Positions 37,717-49,199 of a stretch of 64,000 bases of DNA are shown piece by piece. The notes beneath the pieces were generated by a model. That model had not been told where the DNA came from and did not search any database. It worked only from the letters and a program-made list of their open reading frames with translations. The stretch covers positions 11,922,035 through 11,986,034 of the forward strand of contig NC_083447.1 in the NCBI RefSeq assembly GCF_020745735.1, written 5' to 3'. The position numbers were made by a program, and so were the translations under genes. Position 1 is the first letter of the stretch. Each line of letters begins with the position of its first letter. This stretch comes from Hemiscyllium ocellatum (Eukaryota).

Positions 37717-37911
37717 GTGAGTCTGTGATGTTATTGATTTGGTTTGTTATTGTCATGTATACCTAGTACAGTGCCAAGTTTTATGTGCAGTACAGGCAGA
37801 TCATACCATTCAAAACTCGTAGATGATGGAGATGAGTGCATTTGAGGGCATCTATGTTATCGGGTTAAGTGGGTCTGCAGTCATATGTAAAATGTGACTT
37901 CTTCCCCACAG

Positions 37912-38005
37912 GATGATCACTGGAGTCGTGGCTGGGCTGATTTTTGGAAGAACAGGATATTACATCGCTTTGGGCTGGTGCTGCATATCAATTGTGGTAT
38001 TCATG
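37912..38005 (+). CDS. YIF1B: YIF1B exon 7
   Basis: [31 protein letters not shown]; AG/GT flanks. Confidence 0.96.
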
Positions 38006-39059
38006 GTGGGTTTTGTTATTTAACTTTATTTCCCTGTTCACTTGATAACGAATTAATATTTGCATTGAGAGATGATGGTGTTAACGACACTGGACTAGTA
38101 ATCCAGAGGCTGTAGGGACAACCTTTCAAACCTCAACCTGGCAGCTTGTGGAATTTCAATTTGATTAATAAATATAGTTTTTTTGAAGTCAGTTCTAGAA
38201 GTGGTTCATTTGGGAGAGGATATCTACCATCCTTACCCTGTCGTCCTGAGACGCCAAACCCACATCAGTATGGTTGACCTTAATTGACCTAGCAAGCAAT
38301 GTAATTTAGGAGCAGTTATTGTTGGGCCTTGTCAGTAATGCCTACATCCAATGAAAAAATAGAATAACAACAAGTAAGGAACATAAAAATCAAAGGACAA
38401 GTAGGCCATTTGGCATTTAAAGCTTGCTTTACTATTAAAAGGGAAAATTGCAGACCTGTTTGTGATTCAAATTCCAAATTTCTGTGTACTTTGTTAACCT
38501 TGAGTCTGTTGCCTAAAATTAATCTATATCCACCTTAAAAATATTCAATGACAACCCTGCACCCCACCCCCACAAACTTCCTTCAGAGCCAGAATATTCC
38601 AGGATCTCTGGGAGAAAATAAAACCCCTTGTGTCTATCCTAAAAGGGTGACCCCTGACTTTAAAATGTGTTTCCTAGATCTGATTTTTAAAAAGCCCATT
38701 TCGCCATGACCTACCTTGAGGTACTGACTCTTTAATGGTTACTATTCCAGAAAGCTAACACTCTCCCAGGGTACGATTCCAGGGATCCCTACGACCTGTG
38801 CGTTACAGAACCCCTTCTATGAATGCCTCCTGCCATCTGACCAGTTTTTGGCGTGCAATTAATAAGGATATTGAACTGTGAAGGTCCATTCAACTGATTC
38901 TGACTTTATCTGACAACACTGCCTAACCCATGGGCACTGAGGCTAACTAGTTAACTGTTGCCACCTTGGCACTGACCTTCCTGATGTGGGCAGTACAAAA
39001 TAATTGGATAGTGCACATGGCATCTGTAGATCCCTGACTTTCAAATACATGTTTTTCAG

Positions 39060-39215
39060 ATTCGAACATTGAGACTGAAGATTCTATCTGAAGCTGCAGC
39101 TGAAGGAGTTCTGGTGCGAGGCACGAGGAATCAGCTACGCATGTACCTAACTATGGCGATTGCCGCAGTGCAGCCTATATTCATGTACTGGCTGACATTT
39201 CACTTGGTCAGATAG
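39060..39215 (+). CDS. YIF1B: YIF1B exon 8 (last); total CDS 900 nt, 299 aa
   Basis: [16 protein letters not shown]...[12 protein letters not shown]...YWLTFHLVR*; AATAAA at 39807-39812. Confidence 0.96.
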   Translation: MRTLRLKILSEAAAEGVLVRGTRNQLRMYLTMAIAAVQPIFMYWLTFHLVR

Positions 39216-40749
39216 GGAAGCCTGACAACCTCTTTGATCCCTGGAAATGAAGGTTTAGGAGGTGGGGGTTTGTTACATCTCCAATCCCCCATTGCTGGGC
39301 TGAGTGGGGGAATTGTGGGAGGGAGGGGATTGGGGTGGGTGTTTTGGGAGTGAGTGCAAGACAAGTATATTTGCCCAAGAGATTCAGACATGAGTTGGCC
39401 ATCTCCCATGGTGACAATGGAGAGTGGAATCCAACTTCTTAAATGGCAGGATTGTAAAACCATCTCCACGAGTGGGAGAATGGCACTGGAGATGGGCCCA
39501 TCAATGAGAGGGGCAGGTGGGTAGAGGGCAGAGCATAACTTTCCCCAAGGGCAAAAGAGGGACACGCAGGACGGGTCCATCTAACTGAAGTGGTTGGGGG
39601 GTGCTGGGTCATGGCTTCACCCTGTGCAGATATTCAGCTGCTTCCCGCTGAGCTGCCTGTATAATCTGTAAACATCAGTCCATTAGTTGTTCTGTCCGTC
39701 CCAGATAACGACTCTGATCGGAAGCACAAACTGGACATTGCTGTTGTGGGGACTTTGTACGGTCTGCATGGGAATTTTTTAAATATCTATTTATAAATGC
39801 AAGGCAAATAAAATATCAAAAATATAATATCTTGTGTAAGTTGTTGAGTTTTTATTTGCTTCTACTGAAAAAAGGAAAAATATCTGCTACTCTTGACCAG
39901 GGATCTGTTGTATCCTAGAGTTCCACAAGACAGTTGGAGACCTCCAGTGGCTTCCTGTCTCCACTATGCAGCAACTTAAGTGTTCTCATGCTGATCCTAG
40001 AACATGTCACCTTTCAGGGCTGAACTACAGACTATCACCCGGAACAGGAACTCTGAGGTCCCCAGCCACAGCTCTGCACAGGACTCGAATCAAAAACCAC
40101 TGGTTGCTCCAAATTTCTTGAAGGTGAACGATTAAATCTGAGCCCATCTTATCAGGCAGTATATTTGAAATCCTAACCAGTGAACAAAATGTTTTCGATA
40201 TTAAAAATTGTTTTTCTCTCTGGAGTGAAATTAGGAAACAGTTCAAAACACAAAGGGTGAAAGAAGTTTGGAAATCTCCTCTGCACTGAATATTAAAACA
40301 GGCTCATGGATAAATGTCAGGATTGATTCTTGATCTGTGCTCAGTTCCGTTCTTCATTTTATCACTTCTTGTCTCCTACCAAGTGCTAACACGGAAACAG
40401 GTACATTTCAACAGTGGAGTATCTCATTCAACTATTTTTCATTTGTAATTTCACTTAAATAGTGCATATCATATGATTCTGACCAAAGAGGAATTTACAG
40501 TCCCACTCAATCCTCAAGTCTCTACATCTACATTTTCCAACTGGTAGGGGTGTTGATATTGTGGCAGAAGTCACAACTGACCCGTTCAGACATGTTTGCA
40601 AGCAGGTGGAACTTGAACCCAAGTTTTCTGGCTCAAAGTTAGGGACACTACATAGCATTTTATCAACTTTCTTTAGAAATGCTAAGTATTATTCACACAT
40701 CACCAGCTGATGTACATTATTATCTCTGATGTGATTCTAGGTCTGTGCA

Positions 40750-40968
40750 GCTAAAATAGCTCAGTTGAGAGAGCATTTGACTGAAAATCTGAGCCTTCAT
40801 GGTACAGTGGTATGTCCTTACCCCTGAACTGGGAGGGCTGGGTTCAAGACTCACCCTTTCCATGGTATTACAATGACATGCATAGTAATAACATCTCTGA
40901 ATAGGTTGATTAGAAAATAGCTTCGATTGAAGATCTAAAGATCCCTGACTCAGTATTGGGTTTTGGCA
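40750..40968 (+). pseudogene. tRNA-Phe(GAA) pseudogene interrupted by a SINE
   Basis: 5' half GCTAAAATAGCTCAGTTGAGAGAGCATTTGACTGAAAATCT (40750-40790) and 3' half GATTGAAGATCTAAAGATCCCTGACTCAGTATTGGGTTTTGGCA (40925-40968) align to vertebrate tRNA-Phe. Confidence 0.8.
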
Positions 40969-41890
40969 ATAATTGTGCTAACACTCTAGCGCTAATTTGG
41001 CAATTGCCTTCAGCTCACAAGGTGAGGAGTGTCAGTTCCTATAGAACCTATGGGTGCAGTGGCTGTGTCCATACCTCTTGAGCCAAAAGGCCCAGGTTCA
41101 AGTAGTGTGTTGTGACATCTCTGAAGAACACATCCTGACCAGAATTTTGAGGGGGCTCTTTTGGCATAACAGTAATGTCCATATTGCTGAGTTAGGGGGA
41201 CTGAGTTCAAGCTCTATCGGCTCCAGAGGTGTATAATAACAGCTCCGAACAGATTGATTAGAAAATATGTCAAAAGCAAAATAAAAGTGGTTCATGAATT
41301 CCTTCCAAAGCCTGTGAACTTGCAATGACTTTCCAAAACTTTAACAACCTCTGAGCTGCATAGTTATACTGAATTACTAGTCCAGAGTGTTCTACCCCAG
41401 AAAGCTCGTATGGCGAATAATACTGGCATTAATCTTTATTCATACTCTTCTGTCCATGTGACAGACAAGTGAAACACTTGAAACATGTAGCCAAGGTTGC
41501 TGGAAATGGAGAGTTTGAATTATAAAGAGAGGCTGGAACCACAGCAGCGCAGGAGGTTGAGAGGTGACATGTAGAGGTTTATAAAGGAATGAGGGGTATA
41601 GATAAGGTGAATGGCAGATGTATTTTCCCTGCGGTGGGGGATTTCAAGACTAGGCAGCCTACTTTTAAAGTGAGAGGAGAATGATTTTAAAAAAGACATG
41701 TGGGGCAATTCTTTTACACAGACAGCAATTCATGTGTGAAATGAACTGCCAGAGGAAGTGGTGGATGCAGGTACAATTACAATGTTTTGAAGGCATCTAG
41801 ATAAGTGCATGAATAAGAAATGTTTGGAGGGATATGGGCCAAGGGCAGGGAGGTGGGACTACGTTAGTTTGGGATTATGGTCAGTATGGA

Positions 41891-42098
41891 AAAAGTGAGG
41901 TCTGCTGATGCTGGAGATCAGAGCTGAAAATGTGTTGCTAGAAAAGCGCAGCAGGTCAGGCAGCATCCATGGAACAGGAAATTCGACGTTTCGGGCATCA
42001 GGATTCCTGATGAAGGGCTTATGCCCGAAACATCGAATTTCCTGTTCCTTGGATGCTGCCTGACCTGCTGCGCTTTTCCAGCAACACATTTTCACCTC
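41891..42098. mobile_element. Palindromic Penelope-derived element with 18-bp TSD, inserted in a CR1 tail
   Basis: GATTATGGTCAGTATGGA at 41873-41890 and 42099-42116; hammerhead-like core at 42003-42038. Confidence 0.8.
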
Positions 42099-42618
42099 GA
42101 TTATGGTCAGTATGGACTAGTTGGACCGAAGAGTCACACAGCATGGAAACAGGCAGACTTTATGATTTGCAGGGAATGGGGGTAAACCAGGAGAAACCTT
42201 GTTGCCTTATTACATTTTATTTGCACAATTGGCTCTGAGCTTGTTCAAAGGCACCTGTGGCACGCTGCACCTGAATAGTTTGAAATGTGAAATAATTGGC
42301 CCAATCTCTTTGTAACCAACACTCTGTTGCATTTTCTTCCAAGTATGAGTTAAAGTTAAAATACAACGTTAAATGTATAACCTAATGGAACATAGCCAGT
42401 TAAATCAGCAGTGATTCGCCAGCTCCACTTGCATAATCAAGGCTGGCAGATCCTCTAATGCAAAACTGAGCACTTTGCAGGAACAAGCAAACAAACTGAT
42501 TATCCTTGTATGTAATCATTGCAAGATATTCAGCTTTATGAGAAAGCACCTTAAGATACCCCAACCTCTTGAAAGGTACTATTTAACTAAAATCTCTTTT
42601 ACGAAGTCAATGCCAGCA

Positions 42619-42959
42619 CTAGCTTTTGTTTTGTGCCTGGGACAATGGTTGCAAGAGTACCACCACCCCACACAATCCTGCCTCCACGCCACCATCAGGG
42701 ATAACGTAGACTGTCCCATCACACTCTCGCTTTGGGCTAAACTCTATCAGCTGCACATTACTGTTATGCACTCTGTCGTACGGCCACAGCTGATACTTCA
42801 GACTCTTCCCTTGCTTGGCCACCAGGTAAATCTCAACAACAGTGTCCTCAGAGTAATTAGCTCCAGACACATTCTCACGTTGATAAAACAGCCCAGGAAT
42901 ATCAGGATCTGCTTCATGCAAGTCTTCTGATAGTTCACACTTCAATCCCACCAATGCTC
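42619..42959 (-). CDS. ACTMAP: Actin maturation protease (C19orf54), last exon
   Basis: GALVGL...DPDIPGLF...YLVAKQGKSLKYQLWPYDRVHNSNVQLIEFSPKRECDGTVYVIPDGGVEAGLCG*; minus-strand AATAAA at 42221-42216. Confidence 0.93.
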
Positions 42960-43887
42960 CTGTACAATGAACACAAGCGATACGTAAGCTGCTAAACAGC
43001 CACTAAGCATGAAGCAACCTGTTTGCATAAATGTTTTGTGTGTCCCCATCATTGTCAAAAAGTCCCAAAACCATATTTTGACACTTCTTGACCTAGATAC
43101 AACCATCTATCAAACTGTAAACCAATCAAACAACAATTAAATGGATTAATGTTGGGGCCTGTATAGGTCACCTCTACACAAGAAGCTGATCATTGTTTTT
43201 AATGCAACAGGCTAGTTTTGCTAAGAAATCTTGCAACAGGATATGGTAAAATAGTGTCTATGTTACTTTACTATTAAAGCTTTACTATTACTATTATTTC
43301 TCTAGACCAGAGAAATTAGTTCAAATCTCACCACAGCAGCTTGAGAATTTGAATTAAATTTAGAAAACAAAAAAAAACCTGGGAATTAAAACCCTAATTT
43401 GGTTCATTAATTCCTTCCATAAACTACTGCTCTTATCAAGGGCTGATCCCATTCTAGAATTTTAACAATCTCTTAGCCGCACAGTTGTATCAAATTACTA
43501 GTCTAGAGTGTTCTGTCCCAGAAAGCCAGTTTGGTGAATGATAATGCTGATGTCAATCTTTGTTCTCTGTCTTAATTCTAGGGTGAAATACTACATGCAT
43601 GTATCTCCTAACTCAACCCTGTAGACAAGTGAAACCCCAATTAATGCTTACCATCTGCTTACATTTAATACACGATTATCACAGAGCAACTGTGGATGGG
43701 CCATTAATGCCAAACTTGCCTGCTTACAATACCCACAACCAAAGAGTTATTTTAATTTTAAAACATTGATTAAAACTCCAGGAGATCTGCTAAAGATATT
43801 AAATATCTTAATACATCCCTCGGAGTTCAATACATGAACCTTCTATTTCAGCTTTAGTTAAAATTTCATTTAGTGTTCAGCTCTCAC

Positions 43888-43958
43888 CTGAAATCACTGC
43901 CCAGTGAGCTTTATGCCCTCTGCACAGGCAGGGCTCATGGTTGAAGTCTTCATCGTAC
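43888..43958 (-). CDS. ACTMAP: ACTMAP coding exon 5
   Basis: PYDEDFNHEPCLCRGHKAHWAVISG; preceded by a U12 branch point. Confidence 0.95.
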
Positions 43959-45454
43959 CTTCCTATAGTTAAGGATTTGCCCCAGTTAATTGTCAACCAG
44001 GTATAAGAGATTTTTTTTAAGATTATCTACAGTGTGGAAACAGGCCCTCCGACCCAACAAGTCGATACTGACCCTCTGAAGAGCAACCCACCTCCCTACA
44101 TTCACCATGGGAAATTTAGCATAGGTAATTCACCTAAACTGCACATCTTTGGACTGTGGGAGGAAACCCAAGCAGACACAGGGAGAATGTGTAAACTCCA
44201 TACAGACAGTTGCCCGAGGCAAGAATCGAACCTGGGTCCCTGGCGCTGTGAGACAGCAGTGCTAACCACTGAGCCACCGTGCCGCCCCTCTGACATGCTG
44301 CCAGGCTGGCTGAGGCCAACAGTGGCATATGAAGTGCTGCCTTGGGCAACTTAGCACAATTTAACTTTGCGTCTTATGGCATATCTGACTTTGCACAATT
44401 GAGTTTTCCTATTAAAGCATTAGGGGAGTTGACAAGTGTGGGACAGAATTATACAGGTCAGGACGGTTCTAGGATCCATCCCCAATCTGTTCTGTTCCAG
44501 CTCAAACACTTTTTTTTAAATGGCCTTGATGCCTGGGTGTAGGAGAAGAAATGAAAATGTGTTGCTGGAAATGTGCAGCAGGTCAGGCAGCATCCAAGGA
44601 ACAGGAGAATCGATGTTTCGGGCATAAGCCCTTCTTCAGGAATCCTTGTAGAGGGAGGAAGAGAGCTTCTTCAAGGAAGGCATCCTTGCAAGAGGATTCC
44701 TTGTAGAGGGAGGAAGAGAGCTTCTTCAAGGAAGGCATCCTTTAAGAGGATTCTTTGTAGAGGGAGGAAGAGAGCTTCTTCAAGGAAAGCATCCTTCCAA
44801 GAGGATTCTTATGCCTGAAACGTCGATTCTCCTGTTCCTTGGATGCTGCCTGACCTGCTGCGCATTTCCAGCAACACATTTTCAGCTCTGATCTCCAGCA
44901 TCTGCAGTCCTCACTTTCTCCTGTAGGAGAAGAAATGTCAATCAGGGTTCCTTTTATTGACCCTTGCCCACTGAACTCTAGGTTTAAAAAGGTTGGAATC
45001 AGCTAGGAGTCTTAGCTCTGATCACTATCAAATCACCCTTGGGTAAGGGACAGAGGGTATATCAGCCAGAGTTCCAGCTCCTGACCACTATCCAGTAATT
45101 CCTGTGTCGGAGGAAGAGTAAATCATGTAGAGTTCTAATGCCTGTTCACTGTCTAGCCTAGGAAAGTGCACAGCTGGAGGTCATAGGTAAGGCTGGGGCT
45201 AGAAACATCAAACATGCATAATACATGTAAAATGGATATTGGGTGGGATTTGGGAGAACAGCCAGTGCCTAGAACTATTTTCAGCCTATCAGCTTCCTTA
45301 GAAATGAATGCTTGGACCAGGAGCAGGTTTCTCTTGTCTAGGTAGCCCTGCAACCCTGCACATACATCTAACCAAAGGTCATTGATTTGCAGCCTGAGCC
45401 TGTACAGGAAGTGACTATCTTGAATATCAACGTAATTAATTGTTGTAAGGATAC
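43959..45454 (-). other. ACTMAP: U12-type (minor spliceosome) GT-AG intron
   Basis: Donor |GTATCCTT at 45454; branch point TCCTTAAC at 43975-43968; no polypyrimidine tract. Confidence 0.93.
44554..44921. mobile_element. Palindromic Penelope-derived element with an internal 55-bp triplication and 16-bp TSD
   Basis: TGTAGGAGAAGAAATG at 44538-44553 and 44922-44937; inverted arms; repeat units at 44645-44808. Confidence 0.85.
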
Positions 45455-45584
45455 GGTACTAATACGGGATAACCAGCAAGGAGGTGCTGCATTATTCTGG
45501 CTTTATTAGTTCCCATTAAGCCATCATTGAGTAGTTCACCATGACAATGGAAAACTTCCTTGGCCAGTTTCACCATGTTCGCAC
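45455..45584 (-). CDS. ACTMAP: ACTMAP coding exon 4
   Basis: GANMVKLAKEVFHCHGELLNDGLMGTNKARIMQHLLAGYPVLVP. Confidence 0.93.
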
Positions 45585-46119
45585 CTGGAATCAGATGAAC
45601 AAAAATAACATGGACAGGTATTTATTTATTGCACAACATTGCAAAACAATTTACAGACAATTAAATATTTTCAAAATTTAGTCCAGCTTGTAATACAGGA
45701 AACTTGGTAGCTAACTTGAATACAGCAAGGCCCACAGCATCAATACATGGTAGTTTGTTTCGGTGATAATGGCTGAGGAGTGAGCAATGTCCAGGATAAT
45801 GGATAACACTCGCGATCTCTTCATGTTATTAATGCCTTGGAGGTTTTTTAACATCTGCCAGAGACAGTAGTCAGATTCGTTGCCATGAAGGCTCTCTCAC
45901 AATGTAGCATTCCAGTCATTTTGCACAGATTTTGTGCTTAAAACTTGGAATAGAACTTGAACTCACATCCTTCTGACTCAAGCAGGGGTATTATCCATTG
46001 AGCCATGACTGACCCTAAAAGTGAGAGGACCGAAACAGGCTCCAGAGAAGGGAAGAGAACATAGACCAACAGGAGGCACAAAGTCAGCAGATATCTCACT
46101 ATTGTACGTTACAGGATAC

Positions 46120-46244
46120 CTGAAAACATCTCTCCTTGAACAGTGTAACCTCTGGCCTTCGCAGAGTCCACTATCTCATTCAGACCTTGCACTTTGCACG
46201 AATTCAGCAAATGTCCAGCCATCCACAGAGCCACCAGTCCACAC
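46120..46244 (-). CDS. ACTMAP: ACTMAP coding exon 3 (QCGLVAL catalytic Cys motif)
   Basis: QCGLVALWMAGHLL...RGYTVQGEMFS. Confidence 0.95.
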
Positions 46245-46618
46245 CTGAAGCACAAGAAAATACAAGGAGCAGTGGTGATTGAGAAAGTGACCGCGGTTTA
46301 CAGGCAGGAGAAAGGTCCACAGCACATGATTCAATCTCACGTGCAGGCATGAGATGAATGGGCTGTCAATCTGTTTTGGGAATTTGCTGAAGGTTGAATA
46401 TTGGCTAGGACACAGGGGAAAGTGCCCACACTTGGCAGATTATGGGAGGCAGCATTTATAGGTGAGGGAAAAAAACAGGAAAACAGCCAGTGTTCTCTTG
46501 AAAGGTCATTGAACAGAAACATCAAATCTGTTCCACCAGAGGTGATGTCTGACATTGCCAACATCTTCTATTTGTGACAGTATGCACCGACGTAGAGAAA
46601 CCAGAATGAGATACTCAC

Positions 46619-46687
46619 TGTGGACCATCCTGGATCAGCGAGGGTATGTATTTATTAATAAGGAGCCATTTCAAATCTTTACTGAAA
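46619..46687 (-). CDS. ACTMAP: ACTMAP coding exon 2
   Basis: FSKDLKWLLINKYIPSLIQDGP; AG and GTGAGT flanks. Confidence 0.93.
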
Positions 46688-47565
46688 CTGGAAAAATAAG
46701 AAAATCAGAAAAAATTCTCAGCCATTGGAGAAGAATCCATCACTTGGTAGCAGGCTTGGGTTCTGATATTAAACTGCACTAGTACATAAGCTGCACTGTT
46801 AACCAAAAGTAACACATAGAGGATGCATTGCTTTGTCTGTAATGGCACAGTAACTTGGCCTCACATCGTAAAGACGGTGTTATAACCAAGTTTGGAGGGA
46901 TGGAACAATATCTCTTTAGTCCCGCTTCCCCACTGGTCATAATGAATGTTAAATTTAACCAGGGTGGTGATGTGGCAATTCAATAGGCTTTACATTGTAT
47001 TTAGCTTAGTGTTAGAAACAATTCAGCCAGCTTCTTTAGTTAACAAGTAATGTCTGGTTCATTACAAATAAAACATTTTTGAAGACATAGATGTAAATAT
47101 CAAATGTGATTAAGACAGATCCCGTGGATTTCTCAGCAACGACCTACCACTCCCCCCATGACGTTGGTCACTGAGTCTCATTAAAATTTCAAAAGCTGTT
47201 ACGACTGTTCGCATTTGAAGAAATGGCTTTCAAAGTACATCAAAAGCTGGTCCATCATGCACTGCCTCAACAGCTGCTCATTTTCTGGTGGCTCACCGTC
47301 TGTCCGAGGGGTGACACTCCCCTGCATCCTGGAAACTGCATTCTAACATTGTCACAGGTGGCTATGTAGATAGCTAGTTTCATTAAGCTAGTGCTGCCTT
47401 GAATTTTTTTCCCTGAGCTCTAAAACTGGTCAATCGTACAAAGTATTACTTATGGATTTCCAATACCTTGTTTCTGACTGTACTGAAATATTAATGTCAC
47501 ATAAGCTCCTGGACTTCCCTGAAACCCAACCTCCAATATGTAGCTGTACCAACAATCTCCTAGAA

Positions 47566-47875
47566 GATTAGATTAGATTACTTACAGTGTGGAAACAGGC
47601 CCTTTGGCCCAACAAGCCCACACCAACCCACTGAAGCGCAACCCACCCATGCCCCTACATTTACCTCTTATCTAACACTACGGGCAATTTAGCGTGGCCA
47701 ATTCACCTGACCTGCACATCTTTGGACTGTGGGAGGAAACCAGAGCACCCGGAGGAAACCCACGCAGACGCAGGGAGAATGTGCAAACTCCACACAGTCT
47801 GTCACCTGAGTCGGGGATTGAACCTGGGTCTCTGTGAGGCAGCAGTGCTAACCACTGTGCCACCGTGCCGCCCCC
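47566..47875 (-). mobile_element. HE1-type SINE
   Basis: Reverse complement of the full SINE with (CTAAT)n tail. Confidence 0.9.
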
Positions 47876-48442
47876 AAACGTCTTCCTGAGTTCTGACCAC
47901 ATTTGGGCCTGACTTCTCAGAGATGTTCTCAAGAAGCCATACTCCACTTGAAATGTTAATCATTTCTGTCTACAGATCATGGAAGCTCTACAGTGTGGAA
48001 GTAGGCCGTTCGGCCAATTGAGACCACACCAACCCTCCAAAGAGCATCCCACCCAGACCCTCCTCAATCTCTGTAACTCTGCATTTCCCATGGCTAAACC
48101 ACCTGACCTACACATCTGGACATTATGGGCAATTTACCATGGCCAAACCACCTAAGTTGCACATCTCTGGACTGTAGGAGGTGACTGGAACCACATGGCG
48201 GAAACCCATGGAGACATGGTCAGAACATGCAAACTCCACACAGACCTGAGGCCAGAATTGAATCCGGGTCGCTGGTGCTGTGAGGCAGTACTGCTAACCA
48301 CTGAGTCACTCATATGCTGCCAGAACTGCTGGCTTTCTCACAGCACTTTTTGTGTTTGTTTCGAATTTCCAGCATCTGCAGTATTTTGCTTTTATTTAAA
48401 TAACCGTGACCAACTTGGCTCGTATTTTCTAGGATTACATAC

Positions 48443-48577
48443 CTGTCGAGTCTGTTCTGGACCAGCATCTTAACCTCCTCCCGCTCTCCAGCTACTGGTA
48501 ATCGGTTTTGAGCAAAAATCTGATATAATTTCTTTCCGGATGGTTTAGGAGAGGGCAGCAAGGATGGGAGGAGGGGA

Positions 48578-48608
<31 letters not shown>

Positions 48609-48684
48609 GAGGAGAAGAGACTGACAAATATTTTGCACCATCAGATGTGTCACTAATGAGATTTTGCTCTGTTTTTTGTGCCAT
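48443..48684 (-). CDS. ACTMAP: ACTMAP coding exon 1 (poly-proline N-terminus); alternative in-frame ATG at 48708
   Basis: MAQKTEQ...SSPPPPPPPPPPPPP...GEREEVKMLVQNRLD; donor AG|gtatgt; in-frame stop upstream; likely acceptor at 48831. Confidence 0.85.
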
Positions 48685-49199
48685 TTCAAGGTGAAGGAGG
48701 TTGGACATGACGGAACCTCGTTTCTGACAGTCCACTACTTAATTTTCAGCTTTGACTTGATAAATTGGAGCATCTGTTTTCACAAGTTGCCTTGTACATC
48801 AAGAGTCAGAGACACTCTTATGATATTTGCCTTGGGAAAAAAAAAATCGGTATCACTTAACATTCCAGAAAATATTAGTCTTACATATTTAATGGGGGAG
48901 TATGGTAGGGACAGAGGTGGGGTGAGTAGTGGAGGATTTGGGAAAGACACAGTTGGGAACAATGAAGATGTGTTGAGGGAAAACGTGGAGGATGGACACA
49001 GAATAATTGTGTGTAACAGTCAGCTATTTAATAAAATCTATGTAAGCTCCATCAGGAAATCACAGACCAGTTACTATTTGCTGTCAATAGTTTGTTTGAG
49101 CCCACAAATTCAAAATGACTGAGCATCAGAGAGAGAGCCAGCACAGATTTGTCAAGAGTTGGGTAGCAGGGAATGGTGCTAGTTGTGGCAAGGACTGAA

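Noticed and set aside
39851-39856. Minus-strand AATAAA suggesting overlapping YIF1B and ACTMAP 3' ends
   Set aside because: A closer signal at 42221-42216 is more plausible, and T-rich sequence after the YIF1B poly(A) site explains this one.
46878-47356. Possible third solo LTR (TGTTATAA...TTCTAACA)
   Set aside because: No matching TSD found at either candidate end.
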